From: Amoebidium appalachense
Taxonomy: Eukaryota; Protista; Ichthyosporea
Assembly (NCBI GenBank): GCA_963693365.1
Contig: CAVNZM010000004.1
Coordinates: 13,067,088 to 13,131,087, forward strand
Length of the DNA stretch: 64,000 nt
Reading direction: 5' to 3'
Shown here in pieces: positions 27,866-40,019 of the stretch (positions are counted from its first letter, which is position 1; each line of letters begins with the position of its first letter). The notes under the pieces are model-generated. The model saw only the letters and a program-made list of their open reading frames with translations. It did not search any database and was not told the DNA's origin. A program made the translations under genes and the position numbers.

Positions 27866-29296
27866 TTATGCACACTTCATTGAATAATACATAGAGCTGG
27901 CATTATTCGTCGTTTCGCACACACTGTCAGCACTACTACCTGTGTTCCCAGGAATAAACTTTGCCAACCACGAAACCAGGGGCACCTGTTTGCCGTCTAC
28001 ATTAATAACAGTATCGTAAAACAGAGCATAGGGAGTAAAGCAGTGGTGTGCAGAGTCCGTCAAGTATGTTGCAAACTTGCCTGCATGTGTGGCAGTGCTT
28101 AACAACTTGTACAGAGAAGACACACTGACGTGGTACTCGTGTGGGGACAATATGAAACTGTCGGGTGCTGTTAGAGCACACACCGCATCTCCCGCCTCTC
28201 TCTGTCCTTCGCTCGAGGAGCCAAAGTGCAAGCGAAGTGCCTGGTAGAACCCTCTTTGCACAACATCGCCCTTTGCCTGCACAGACACCCACCGTGTATG
28301 TTTGCTAGCTGCTCTCCTCATCTGCTGGGTCATCTCGCACCAGGAAATTGTCCCATCTTCCAGCCTCCTCCTGTATTCTTCTGGGAAATACTTGGTAAAA
28401 GGTGACAATGCTACGTTCCACAGCTTGAAAATTATTCCTTGGCTGGGAGGGAAAACACCGGCAAAGCTGTCCGCCACCACCGTTGCCTCTATTGCCTTCT
28501 TACCCGCTGCCTCCCGCATGGAATCAAACCGGTCGATGATGTAGTTAGCCCACAGTTGTATGCCAGCGGAACCCGCAGAGGAGCCCATGATCACAAGATT
28601 CTCTGGGTTGGGGATGTTCTTGTACACCCACTCAAGAACGGCAAGCGTGTTGTTCCTGCCGGCTTGCCTCAATTCCTGGACTGTGCCGTTGTCGTGTGTT
28701 CGTCGCACCACAGAGTCGCCCAGATGACTATCACCACTGCAGTAACTCACACTCACAATAGTGTAGTCGCGAAAGGGATTCAAGGGGTGTGATTTGTTGA
28801 AAACCCCTGTGGGAAACTGCAATCGTGCAAATGGAATCACTATCATATCGTCGCCTAGACATGCACCCAGAGATGACTCGTCAGCCGTCCAGCACGCCCC
28901 CCCACCTTGAAAATAGAGCAGGAGAGAATCTGTTCGCCCCTTCATCACCTGGAAAGCATAAGGGCTTCCTTCAAGGCATGCTGTGTTACCCCCGGGGAAA
29001 ATGGCCGTGTTTGTATCCAGACTTCGAAAGGAGCACTCACTATCGCTTGTTGAGATATTGCAATAAGATACCGGGGGGGTGGCCCTGAGGCCTTGCAAAT
29101 CCCATGCGTTTGCGCCCGTGAAGCCCAAAAATCTGACCCATTCAGACTTCTGGTAAATGCCAGGCTCGGCTCCTTCTGTATGAATTGGTGTGGCTGTGAT
29201 GGGTGGAGAATGTATGATTGGATATGCTTCCTGACATAGGAATGCAGCCAAGCACCCAGCAAGTGCCGCGGTGAATGTTACAGCTGAGGCGAACAT
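27866..29296 (-). CDS. Secreted pectin acetylesterase/Notum-family alpha/beta hydrolase, intronless
   Basis: 476-aa ORF; N-terminal signal peptide; motifs CLEGSPY, LLLYFQGGGACW, YCSGDSHLG, nucleophile GSSAG, C-terminal HC. Confidence 0.88.
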   Translation of the reverse strand: MFASAVTFTAALAGCLAAFLCQEAYPIIHSPPITATPIHTEGAEPGIYQKSEWVRFLGFTGANAWDLQGLRATPPVSYCNISTSDSECSFRSLDTNTAIFPGGNTACLEGSPYAFQVMKGRTDSLLLYFQGGGACWTADESSLGACLGDDMIVIPFARLQFPTGVFNKSHPLNPFRDYTIVSVSYCSGDSHLGDSVVRRTHDNGTVQELRQAGRNNTLAVLEWVYKNIPNPENLVIMGSSAGSAGIQLWANYIIDRFDSMREAAGKKAIEATVVADSFAGVFPPSQGIIFKLWNVALSPFTKYFPEEYRRRLEDGTISWCEMTQQMRRAASKHTRWVSVQAKGDVVQRGFYQALRLHFGSSSEGQREAGDAVCALTAPDSFILSPHEYHVSVSSLYKLLSTATHAGKFATYLTDSAHHCFTPYALFYDTVINVDGKQVPLVSWLAKFIPGNTGSSADSVCETTNNASSMYYSMKCA

Positions 29297-30152
29297 GGTG
29301 CTGTGTTTGTGTTGCCAGAGCGCATGGGCCTGTTAGTTAGCCGTGCAGGTGGCTGAGTTGATGTGGGGTCTTTTGGAAGATGAAACGAAAACAAGCTTCG
29401 AAGTGACGAGAGTATTATCATTGAGTAAGTATTTAGGTGGCTAGAAGGTGTGACTGAAACATCTCAGGCTGCGGGATTTCTGCGCCAAAGGCAAGGGACG
29501 GCTACTCTCAACTACTCGTCAGTCACCGTAGTACAGTGGTTTTTCACCGTGTTTGCAACTTGAACTTTGCCAGCATGTTTCAAGTTTGTTTGCGCCATCT
29601 GGGAGGAATGCAAACATGCGTTCCAATCATCCGTCGATTTCCTATTGGGTTGTGACTCGCCCAATCAACACACGTGACACGCGATAAAAATAAAATCCGC
29701 AGTTCGTAACTCCACACAGGCCGGCCCGCCCCCTCCCCCCCCCCCCCCCCCCCCCCCCCTGGTTGTTGTGCGTGTATACATGGCGTATGTAGAGCGTGTT
29801 TTGTTCATGTTTAACTTCTTGCCCTCTTGATCATTCTTTCTTTCTTCTTTACTTTCTCAGTCTATGACCCCACGGGGAGCCCGGCCCGGGGAGTCAGGGC
29901 CCTGATCATGACTACTCTTTCTGGGCCCCCCGCTCCCCCAGCCCTCCTCCCGGCCCCCTCCCCCAACCTTTCAGACACACGACGATCAGTTCATCATGGA
30001 TCATGGCATGCCATAGTGTGTCTGCCACCAGGTACATTATTGTGTGCACACGTGTGTGTGCGTGTGTGTGTGCACGTGTAAAGAGAGTGGGAGGGGTAGA
30101 ACGTCTAACTAAGATCTAGCTAGAGATAGATTGTTAAGTTAGATAGTGTAAG

Positions 30153-30770
<618 letters not shown>

Positions 30771-30771
30771 A

Positions 30772-30815
<44 letters not shown>

Positions 30816-31619
30816 GGGGGGGGTATACGGGTATACAGGCTAAGGGTCTGGAATTAGGTATCCCTGAATCCGTTCGTTGGGATGGCGATGGGCCCGAGAG
30901 TGATTTGGCTTTGGCCCTGCCCCTGGCACTGTACCAAACACACGGTGGTCGACAAAAGTGGAAATTCTCTTATAAGCGTCGGGGCTTAACAATTTTTCGA
31001 CTTTGCACACCGTACTGTAGGACGCGCTGCGCGCACGTGGCTCAGTTATTGTAACACCGGGATCGTCCGTGGCAGCGGGCACGCTGAAATCCAAAGACCT
31101 TGAAAGTGTAAGATTGGGCGACTTGATTAGCTAATGTCTTAGCCAATCACATGGCTCTAGAATCTAAAGATAGATCCCCAATTGCTTCAAAACGCAGGAA
31201 CCGTGTGATGGCTAGATGATTTCGTGCTGTTTCATCGGCGATGTTAAAAGAGTTCTCATGATTTTTTCAGATTTTTTTTTTTTTGATAAATACAATACTA
31301 AGTCGGCATGAAAGAATAAATATAAATATTAGTAATGTCTTCTTGGTCAAGTTCACTGAGAAGACCGATTACGTGATAGATTGGAATGTGTGGATCTACT
31401 CGTGTTCTCACGATCTACCAATCAGACAGACCTATAGATTGCTGGCGGCACTTATTAGCCAATCAGATCTCTTCTTCACTGTGGAACAATCAAATCCAGG
31501 TAGTACAAAACCAGATACCGTGTACATTCGATTCACAACACCTGCCTACAGTGCGAGTTAAAACAAACGAACATCACGTACACACAACGAACACATCGAA
31601 AACCAACACAGAACCAAAC

Positions 31620-32096
31620 ATGGCCGTCCTCTTGCTTGCTGCTAGCGTTGCCGCCACCACTGCCCTTGTGTCTGCCGTTCCAGTTGAACGCAGTGCCAAG
31701 TTCACCTGCCCCGCCAACTGGGAGAGCCGTAGCTACAATGCCTACCCAGACCCTGCCGACACATACGCCTACTATGTGTGTGGCCACCAGGGCGCCGTGC
31801 ACTACAATTGCCCTGCCGGCACCATCTTCAGCACTGACCTCCACTACTGCGACTGGGACGTGGCCCCTACCGACCGCCCTCAGCCCACTCCAGAGCCCAT
31901 TGCCCCATGCAAGCAGTGCCCCGCTGACTGGGAGAAGCGCCCCTACAACGCATATGCTGTGGAGGGGGACTGCGCTAAGTACTGCGTGTGTGGGCACCAG
32001 GGCCCAGTGGTGTACACCTGCCCCAAGGGGACGCTCTTCAGCTCCAAGATGCACTATTGCGACTGGGAGAGCAACGTCAAGTGCCATGCCTACTAG
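31620..32096 (+). CDS. Secreted protein with two chitin-binding type-2 (CBM14/peritrophin-A) domains, intronless
   Basis: ATG 31620, signal peptide MAVLLLAASVAATTALVSA; two repeats C...YxxC...CPxGTxF...CDW separated by a Pro/Thr linker; high GC3; several CCAAT boxes upstream (31110-31470). Confidence 0.9.
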   Translation: MAVLLLAASVAATTALVSAVPVERSAKFTCPANWESRSYNAYPDPADTYAYYVCGHQGAVHYNCPAGTIFSTDLHYCDWDVAPTDRPQPTPEPIAPCKQCPADWEKRPYNAYAVEGDCAKYCVCGHQGPVVYTCPKGTLFSSKMHYCDWESNVKCHAY

Positions 32097-33223
32097 TCTA
32101 GCTATGGGGACGTTCCGTGAAACAGCTATATAGTAGTAGCAACTATTAACATGGTGCACAGGCTGCTACCTGTTGGGCACTTCCTGCAGACCTTGAGTAG
32201 TAGTTTGAGTACTCTTTGAATATACTGACACCGGCTACAGCCAACCACACAAATCCTACCTGTCGAATGTTAGGGGACATGAACATTACTGGCTGTCTGA
32301 ATATATGGCAGCCTGCACCCGCCATTATTCAATGATATTTTTTGAATAAAATATGTACACATGCAAAAACCTGTGTCTCTGTAGCATAAAGCCCCGTCTC
32401 CCTTCCCCTCCCCCCTCGCCCCCCTCTCCCCCCCCCTCTCCCCCCTCTCCCCCTCTCCCCCCTCTCCCCGAGGCCTTCCCCCTTCCCCCCCTCCCACCCC
32501 CCCTTCCCCCCCCCCCCCCCCCCCCCCTCTTACACTGTACCCCTCTCCCTCCGGCCCCCCTCCCTCCGACACCCTCGTCCCCCCCCCCCCCCCCCCTCAA
32601 AAAAAAAAAAAAAAAAAAGAACAGAAAAAAAAGAAAAAGAAAAAGAAAAAGAAAGAAGAAGAAAAAAGAAAGAAAGGAAAAAACCCCCGATGGCCCGGGC
32701 CCAAAGCAACAAAGGAGAAGAGACGGAAAAGGTCTTAAAAGCCGCTGCACACCTACAGACATGATTCGTCAACACCTGCAAATCGACTGGCATGTTTTGT
32801 CAATGCTTTTAGGGTACCCTATGCCATGGTGTGTCTGATACAATACATCCGCCAGTTGCGGAATATGATTACCTGTATCACATGTACATCGTTTTCTGAA
32901 AGATTCTGTTATCTTGTCAGCGAGTAACCTCTGATCCCCTGATCCCCTCCTCCTCCCCCCCCCCCCCCCCCCCCCCCCCCACCCCCTCCCCCCGGGTACT
33001 CACTAAACAAGCCGCCACCCTCTCATTGTCTATTTATAAAACACCGAGGTTCCAGCCTTTCCATCTTCCTCCTCCTTTTCCCCTCCCCCGGCTCCCCAGG
33101 CCCACCCTCCCTACTCCCCCCCCCCCCCCCCACCTCAAAAAAAAAAGGACTTGTCCTCTTCCTGACATCTCCAGATCCCCCCCCCCCCCCCTCCCCCGGG
33201 GGGGTTTTTTTTTCCCCTCGTCC

Positions 33224-33254
<31 letters not shown>

Positions 33255-33868
33255 AAAAAAAGGAAGAAGAAGAAAAAGAAGAAAAAAAAAAAAGAAACGA
33301 AAAGGAAAGAAAAGACCCCCCCGACCCCCCCCCCCAACAATTAAAAGGAAAGGGAAAAGGAAACAAAAAGAAAAGGACCGGGGGGGGGGGGGGGGGGGGG
33401 ATGAAAGATAAAGAAAGGTAGAAAGAAACAAGAAGAAGAAACTTTAAAACTTTCCTATGACATCGATGGAAACTGCTTTTCCTGCATTTGAGATCTGACT
33501 TGATCTCCAAACCGATCATGCCTGCAGCCCGGGGTCTGGTACACAACGGTGACCACGGATTGACTTATCAGATATACTATGATCCTATAAATAAGTATGA
33601 TATATCATGATATAGACCGTCCGAGTTCGTCTTTAGACAAGTCACGATGTGATTAGCCGGGAAGGATAGGTTTGCCAAACCTAACAAACAACTACTTGTC
33701 CAGCATGTCACTGCTTGTGTCCCCCCTTGGATTTGACACCTTGGGGGGGGTCGAAACACCGTTCTTTTTCTTCAACAAGGTCCAAATTGTATTTGTCTTC
33801 ATTAATGATCTTGGCCCGGCCGCAGGGGAAGTTGAAGGGTGGGGGCAGATCAGGGGAGGAAAAGCCGG

Positions 33869-33917
<49 letters not shown>

Positions 33918-34042
33918 GGTGTGTGTGTGTGTGCGTGTGTGTGTGTGTGTGTGCGTGCGCGCACGCGCGCGCGTGTGTGTGTGTGTGTGTGTCGCGCGCA
34001 CGCGTGTGGGCGTGTATCTGTGTGTGTGTGTGTGTGTGGACG

Positions 34043-34074
<32 letters not shown>

Positions 34075-34375
34075 GTGTGTGAAACAGCGTGTGTGTGTGC
34101 GCGCCCCGTCGGTGGTTTGGTGCACATGTGTGTGTGTGTGCTGTTTTCTTCTCTTCTATTTTTTTTTAAACGGGGAAGGAGGGGGCCAGGGGGGGGGGGG
34201 GGGGGGGGGACTGCGTGGACTAGGTGTGTTATGTACCCCGAGACTCCGAGAATTACGGGAACCCCAGGGGGGGGGGAAGGGGGTGGGGGGGAGGGGGGGG
34301 GGGGGTAGTTTTGGGATGCAAACCTGGGGGGGGGAGAGGGAGGCTGGGGCTATTGCATGTCTGTGCGAAGATCAG

Positions 34376-34423
<48 letters not shown>

Positions 34424-34785
34424 GCGTGTGCGTGTGTGTGTGTGCGTGTGTGTGCGTGTGTGTGTGTGTGTGTTTGTCTTATATTGAATATTATTGGCAG
34501 TTTGGCTTAGTATTACCTTTTTAAGGTTGGGGGTCTTAGGGGGGAGTGGGGAGAAGGGGGGGGGGGGGGGGGGGACTGTGTAGTACTTTACTTGAGCTCA
34601 GGAGAAGGGACCGAGGGGCAGGAGGAGGGGAAGGGGGGGGGGGGGGGGGAGGGGGGGGGGGAATATAATTTGTGTGCAGGTCAAACTGTTTGTGACTGAG
34701 TGTGTGTGTGTGTGCGCACGTTCATGTGTCTGAGTGCACACGCACTTGTGTTTGTGTGTCTGTGTGTGTGTGTGTGTGTGCGTGC

Positions 34786-34848
<63 letters not shown>

Positions 34849-35091
34849 ACGGTGTGTGTGTGTGTGTGTGTGTGTGCTGATTCAGATGCAGTCGTGCAAG
34901 ATATCGATCAAGAGGGCAAGGGGCACGAGCGAGATGATTTACTAAGAAATAAACTTTAACAACCAGGCACATTTTATGGAACGGTCAAGCGGCAAACTGC
35001 GTTTGACACGGAACGAGAACAAAAATTTGGCCTTGCTAGCGCTAATTTGAAGAAAGGGGGGAGAGGGGGGGGGGGGGGGGGGGGGGGGGGG

Positions 35092-35856
35092 TGTTGGAGT
35101 ACACTGGTACTCCCGGCTAGCAATGTCTGTTAGAGAAAGTTTCTGAGCAATTGAATAACTGTTTCAACACTCACTCGAGTGCATAGAGCTTTTGTTTACG
35201 GTCATATTCATATATGGTAGTTATATGTTTGAGCCAAAACTGTACCAATGACGAGCTTCACTAGCAACGTGCTAATTGTGCTCATTAATTAATATTCCCG
35301 GTTCAGATGATGTCATGTCTATATTTGCCACAGGATTCTATTCTTAGAGTGGTAGTGTGCTTTATTCCCGGATATTCTCAGAATATTTTTAGTTGTGTGA
35401 AGCAAGATTTACGTTTAACTGCAATTGGTGTGTTAAACACGTTTATTTGTGTGCTTTAGTGCAAGTTAACTAGCCACTCAACGTGCACAGTTAACTTTTA
35501 TATCTTTAACGACTTGCTTTCATTGTGCTCTCTTTTCGGCCATGCTGTACATGGCCCACCACCAGGGTGCACACGAGGCCACCATGAGGTGGCCAACGAC
35601 TATATAAAGCAGTGCCTCCCATGTCACAAACATGGGAAGCAGAACGTTTGATTTACACTTTTCTACTGTCGTTTCCAGTGCACAAAACACATAGACTAGT
35701 TACCCATCATACACGACACTATGTCTGACAACTTACAGTTGCAGCAACTAGTCCAACTACTGGAGCAGAGGTTGGCCTCACAAGATGCAATCATTTCTGA
35801 CTTACAGAAGGAACAACGTGCACTAGAACTAGCTTCTATGAACACAATGTCCAACA
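35092..35856 (+). repeat. 5' LTR (765 bp)
   Basis: TG...CA ends with a 7-bp terminal inverted repeat; TATA-like TATATAAA at ~35601; identical by eye to 40206-40970. Confidence 0.97.
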
Positions 35857-36929
35857 GGGTTATGGGCCCCTCACGTAATGATTCCATCAAGTTCAAGGTC
35901 GACATCCCTCTCTTCACTGGCATTGATAATGATTCAGGCACGGACTACCACACATGGGCCGAAACCATGTATGTCCAGCTTTCTGGTGCTGGTCTTCTCC
36001 ACACCATCGCGCCCAGTACGGAGCACCCGGCTACCCGTGAACAGGTCGACACTGCCCGTTCCTACCTGTGGCAAGCACTCTCGGTTGACGTGCGTTGTAT
36101 CCTAGGGTTAACACGCACCACCACACCTGCGGAGATATGGTCGGCCCTATCTGCCCACTACCTGGAGCAATCTGAGGCCAATCAGTACGACCTTATCGGG
36201 CTGTACATGAATTCTACGCCTGAACCTACGGACACCGCGACGAAATACGCCATGAAACTCCGCGGCTACGTGCGGCGCCTGGCCGATTACGGCACACAAA
36301 TTGGTGATGCTCAAGTGCTGACCAAGCTCACCAACGACCTCGGCAAGGTGCCTTACTACGAAATGCCTGTAATTGCCTACAAGATGACACCCAAGCCTAC
36401 CGTGATGGGCCTCCTCCAACAGCTACGGGCATATGAGACCAGCCACCCACGTGCACGTGTGACTACCAGCTCCGGGCCGGCCGCCTTCACCACACGGGCT
36501 CCTCAACCTGTCATCTGCCACGGCTGCGGCAAACCAGGCCACATCAAGTCTCAGTGCCCCAACGGCAACGGCCAACACAGCAACTCTGGCAACAACCGTG
36601 CCAGCACCTACCCCAAGGGTTCCTGCGTCAACCACCCACTGTCTACCAGTCACACTACCGCCATGTGCAAGGGGGGCAACCGTGCCAACGGCCGCAAACC
36701 TAAGGGTGGTCCCCTCCCGCCTGGGTCCTGCATCAACCACCCTGCCTCTACTACCCACACTACGGCACAGTGCAAGGGGGGGCTGCCGCTCCCCGGGCTT
36801 TCCTCATGTCTAGCAACGACTGTGGCACCAACAAGGTGCTCCTCGACTCTGGAGCCACTGACCATGTGTGCCCCCGGCCCGATGTGTTCATCAACATGCG
36901 TGCGGCGCCTTACTCCACGGTCCAAGTAG
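35721..36929 (+). CDS. gag: Copia Gag (starts inside the 5' LTR)
   Basis: 402-aa ORF; copia gag-like DYHTWAETM...IWSALSAHY; CCHC knuckle CHGCGKPGHIKSQC; two extra C-X2-H-X5-H-X4-C motifs. Confidence 0.9.
   Translation: MSDNLQLQQLVQLLEQRLASQDAIISDLQKEQRALELASMNTMSNRVMGPSRNDSIKFKVDIPLFTGIDNDSGTDYHTWAETMYVQLSGAGLLHTIAPSTEHPATREQVDTARSYLWQALSVDVRCILGLTRTTTPAEIWSALSAHYLEQSEANQYDLIGLYMNSTPEPTDTATKYAMKLRGYVRRLADYGTQIGDAQVLTKLTNDLGKVPYYEMPVIAYKMTPKPTVMGLLQQLRAYETSHPRARVTTSSGPAAFTTRAPQPVICHGCGKPGHIKSQCPNGNGQHSNSGNNRASTYPKGSCVNHPLSTSHTTAMCKGGNRANGRKPKGGPLPPGSCINHPASTTHTTAQCKGGLPLPGLSSCLATTVAPTRCSSTLEPLTMCAPGPMCSSTCVRRLTPRSK
35857..35869 (+). other. Primer-binding site complementary to the anticodon arm of initiator tRNA-Met (half-tRNA priming)
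   Basis: GGGTTATGGGCCC immediately after the LTR; complement of GGGCCCAUAACCC in eukaryotic tRNA-iMet, as used by Drosophila copia-type elements. Confidence 0.85.
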
Positions 36930-39900
36930 CCGACAAGGGTGCATGTGCAGTGCTTGGGGTGGGCGACGTGTTCTTTTCCAGCACCATCGACGGCGTTACT
37001 GCGGTGCATCAGCTGACGGATGTACTCTACGTGCCCTCCATCCCCGACACTCTCATCAGTGTGTTCACGGCAACTACCAACGGTGTTTTACCCCGCTTTG
37101 ACACCCGCGGTGGCGTTAAGTTGTGCTACGGCGATCAAATTCTGGCCACCGGCTCGGCTGTCGGCACCAAGCTGTACCACATGGCGGTGTCTCTTCTGCG
37201 CGCGGACACAACCCCGGACGCCCAAACCACCACTGCTCCGCGTATCCTCAAGGTTACTGCCGACCTCAACACGTGGCACTACCGTCTGGGCCATGCTGGC
37301 ATTGACGCTGTACGCTCGGTCATCAAGTCTGCAGGCCTGTTGGTGGGTGGCGGTGCCAAGTCTCCGGGTGTGTGTGAGCCCTGTGCCCTCGGCAAAGCCC
37401 ACCGTGTTGCCTTCTCCGAATCAACTAGCCAAGCTCCCCGGGTCCTAGCCAAGGTTCACAGCGACATCAGCGGCCCCTTCCCTCCCGCGATCGGTGGTGC
37501 TCAGTACTTGGCGACGTTCCACGACGAATTCACCGGCCACACCACGGCCGTGCCCCTCGTCAAGAAGTCGGACACACTGGCTGCATATGTGACGTACCAC
37601 AAGGCGGCGGTTACCCAACACGGTGTTCCCATGCAGGTGTTTCAGTCCGACGGGGGGGGCGAGTACATGGGCACGGCCTTCGGGGACTACAACCGTGAGC
37701 ATGGCATTCGCCATCAGATCACTACCACCGGCTCTCCTCAACAGAATGGGACTGCCGAACGACTGAACCGGACCCTCCTCGACATGGTTCGGGCACTCCT
37801 GCAGCAGTCCGGCCTTCCGGTGGGATTCTGGGCCGAGGCAGCTGTGACCGCGGCTTTTATACGCAACATGCTCCCGTCGCGAGCCACCGGCAGCCAATCG
37901 TCTCCCGCCCTGCTGTGGACCGGCATTCCTCCCGACTACAGCCGGCTCCGTGTCTGGGGCTCTCCCTGCTACGTCCATCAACAGGATACACCGAAACTGG
38001 CGCCTCGTGCCGTCAAGGGCATCTTCGTGGGCTACCCTCCTAACATCAAGGGCTACAAGGTCTGGATTCCAGCAGCACACAAGATGACCGTCAGCCGTGA
38101 CGTGCAGTTCGACGAGGCTGCTATTCTGCACCCCCTCCGTGATGTCCCATCTGATTGGTCGACCGCACCGGCAATTCATCATTTTTTGGAGTCATCTGAT
38201 TCGTCAAATCAGCCAGCCAATCACATCGTCCGGAATGATCAGCAATCTGATTCGTCTCGTCTGTCAGCCAATGGGACAGCGCCGAGTGATCAATTGGACA
38301 TTCCGATCCTGCCCGAGCCTGCACATCGGCTCCCCCGGACGACCCGTAGTGGCGCTGTGTACAACGACCAACGTCGAGGCCCGACTGCCAACGTGGCTGC
38401 TGCTACGGCCCCCCTTGCCCCCCAGGCTACGGCTCCTGCATCAACACCCATCAAGGCTTCCACCATTGTTGTCCCCAAGACTGTCCGGGCTGCACTCAAG
38501 AGTCCCCAGCGTCTGAAATGGGAGGAGGCTGCACACCGTGAGCTCAAGGCCCTGGAAGACAACGGCACCTTCACCCTTGTGCCCCGTCCAGAGGATGGCT
38601 CCACTGTCATTCCGGTCGGCTGGGTCTTTACGGTCAAGCAGGACAACGTCGGCAACGTCACTGCTTTCAAGGCCCGGCTTGTGGCCCGGGGCAACTACCA
38701 GCAGCCTGGCCAGGACTATTTCGTCACCGAGTCACCTGTGGCTGCGCTGGCTACCATCCGGCTGGTTTTGGCTACCTCCGTGGCCCAAGGTCTGCCTCTG
38801 CGCCACATCGACGTCAACACAGCATTCCTCAACGGCACCGTCAACGAGACCATCTACATTGAGCAGCCCCCTGGCTTCGTCAACCCCTCGGCCCCCCATG
38901 CTGTCGGCTTGCTCCACAAGGCGCTCTACGGCCTAAAACAGGCACCGCGCCAGTGGTATGAGGCCCTCCGTGACCATCTCCTCGACCAAGGCTTCATTGT
39001 GAGTGCTGCTGACCCGTGCCTGTTCATCAAGAATGCCGGGACCCCAACATTTATTGCCCTTGCTGCCTACGTGGATGACTTCACCGTGACGGCCGCCACT
39101 GATGCGCTCATCGACGATTTTTTCACCAAGCTGGATGCTCGTTTCTCTGCCAAGGACCTGGGTCGTCCTACCCTGCTCATCGGGCACACTCTTACCTGGC
39201 TGGAGGACGGGTCTCTGCGTCTGGGCCATCGTCAACACATCATCGACTTGGCTGCCCGTTTTCGTCTCACCCACATGTCCGGCACCAAGACCCCCATCGT
39301 CCCGGGCCAGGCCAGTGAAAGCAACAAGACCCCAGCCTACAGCAAGAAGGAGGACTATGCCAGCCTGGTCGGTGCCCTGCTGTGGATTGCGCGTACCACC
39401 CGCCCCCGACATTTCCCAGGCTCTGGGAGTCCTTACTCGACACATTCATGCGCCCACCGTCACCCACTGGACTATGGCTACCAGAGTTGTAAGCTACCTG
39501 CTGGCCACCATCGACCTGGGTATTGTCTACCGTCCCGGCCCCCCCAACCTTGTTGGCTACTCCGACTCCGACTACGCCGAGGACCGCGACACCCGGCGCT
39601 CCACCACGGGCTATGTCTTCTTCATAAACTCCTCCCCTGTGTCCTGGGTGTCTCGGCTCCAGTCCATCACCACCCACAGCTCCACTGAGGCTGAATTTGT
39701 GGCCATGTCTGCTGCTACGAACGAGGCCCTATGGCTCAACTATGTGATGGACGACCTGGGCCTTAATCCTATCAATGAGCCCACCCCGGTGCCCATCCAT
39801 GGGGACAATGAGTCTGCCCGGGCCCTGCTGGACACCCTGGGGGTTAAGCCCAAGACCAAGCACATCGACGTCCGCTACTGCTCCGTCAAGGAACATCACC

Positions 39901-40019
39901 TGCTGGGCAACATCACTGTGGTCCCGGTGGCTTCTGCTGACAACAAGGCCGACATGTTCACCAAGGCCCTGTCTGCCTCTTTCTTCACCAAGGCCGTGGG
40001 GATGCTCAACATGTGCTGA
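36770..40019 (+). CDS. pol: Copia Pol (protease, integrase, reverse transcriptase, RNase H), with a frameshift near 39405
   Basis: LLDSGATDH (PR); WHYRLGH..CEPC, VHSDISGP, SDGGGEY, QQNGTAER, KGY (IN); FKARLVARG, DVNTAFL, LYGLKQAPRQW, YVDD (RT); GYSDSDYA, STEAE, GDN, KHIDVRY, ADMFTK (RH, in ORF 39102-40019). Confidence 0.95.

Noticed and set aside
33720-33765. Minimal hammerhead (GAC..GGTCGAAACACCGTT)
   Set aside because: No intact CUGANGA upstream; at most a decayed relic.
34880-34959. Isolated terminal exon ([24 protein letters not shown])
   Set aside because: No upstream exons or homology recognisable.
39400-39410. Programmed frameshift between RT and RNase H
   Set aside because: One extra C in a C-run breaks the conserved TRPDI motif; best explained by homopolymer error or an inactivating mutation.
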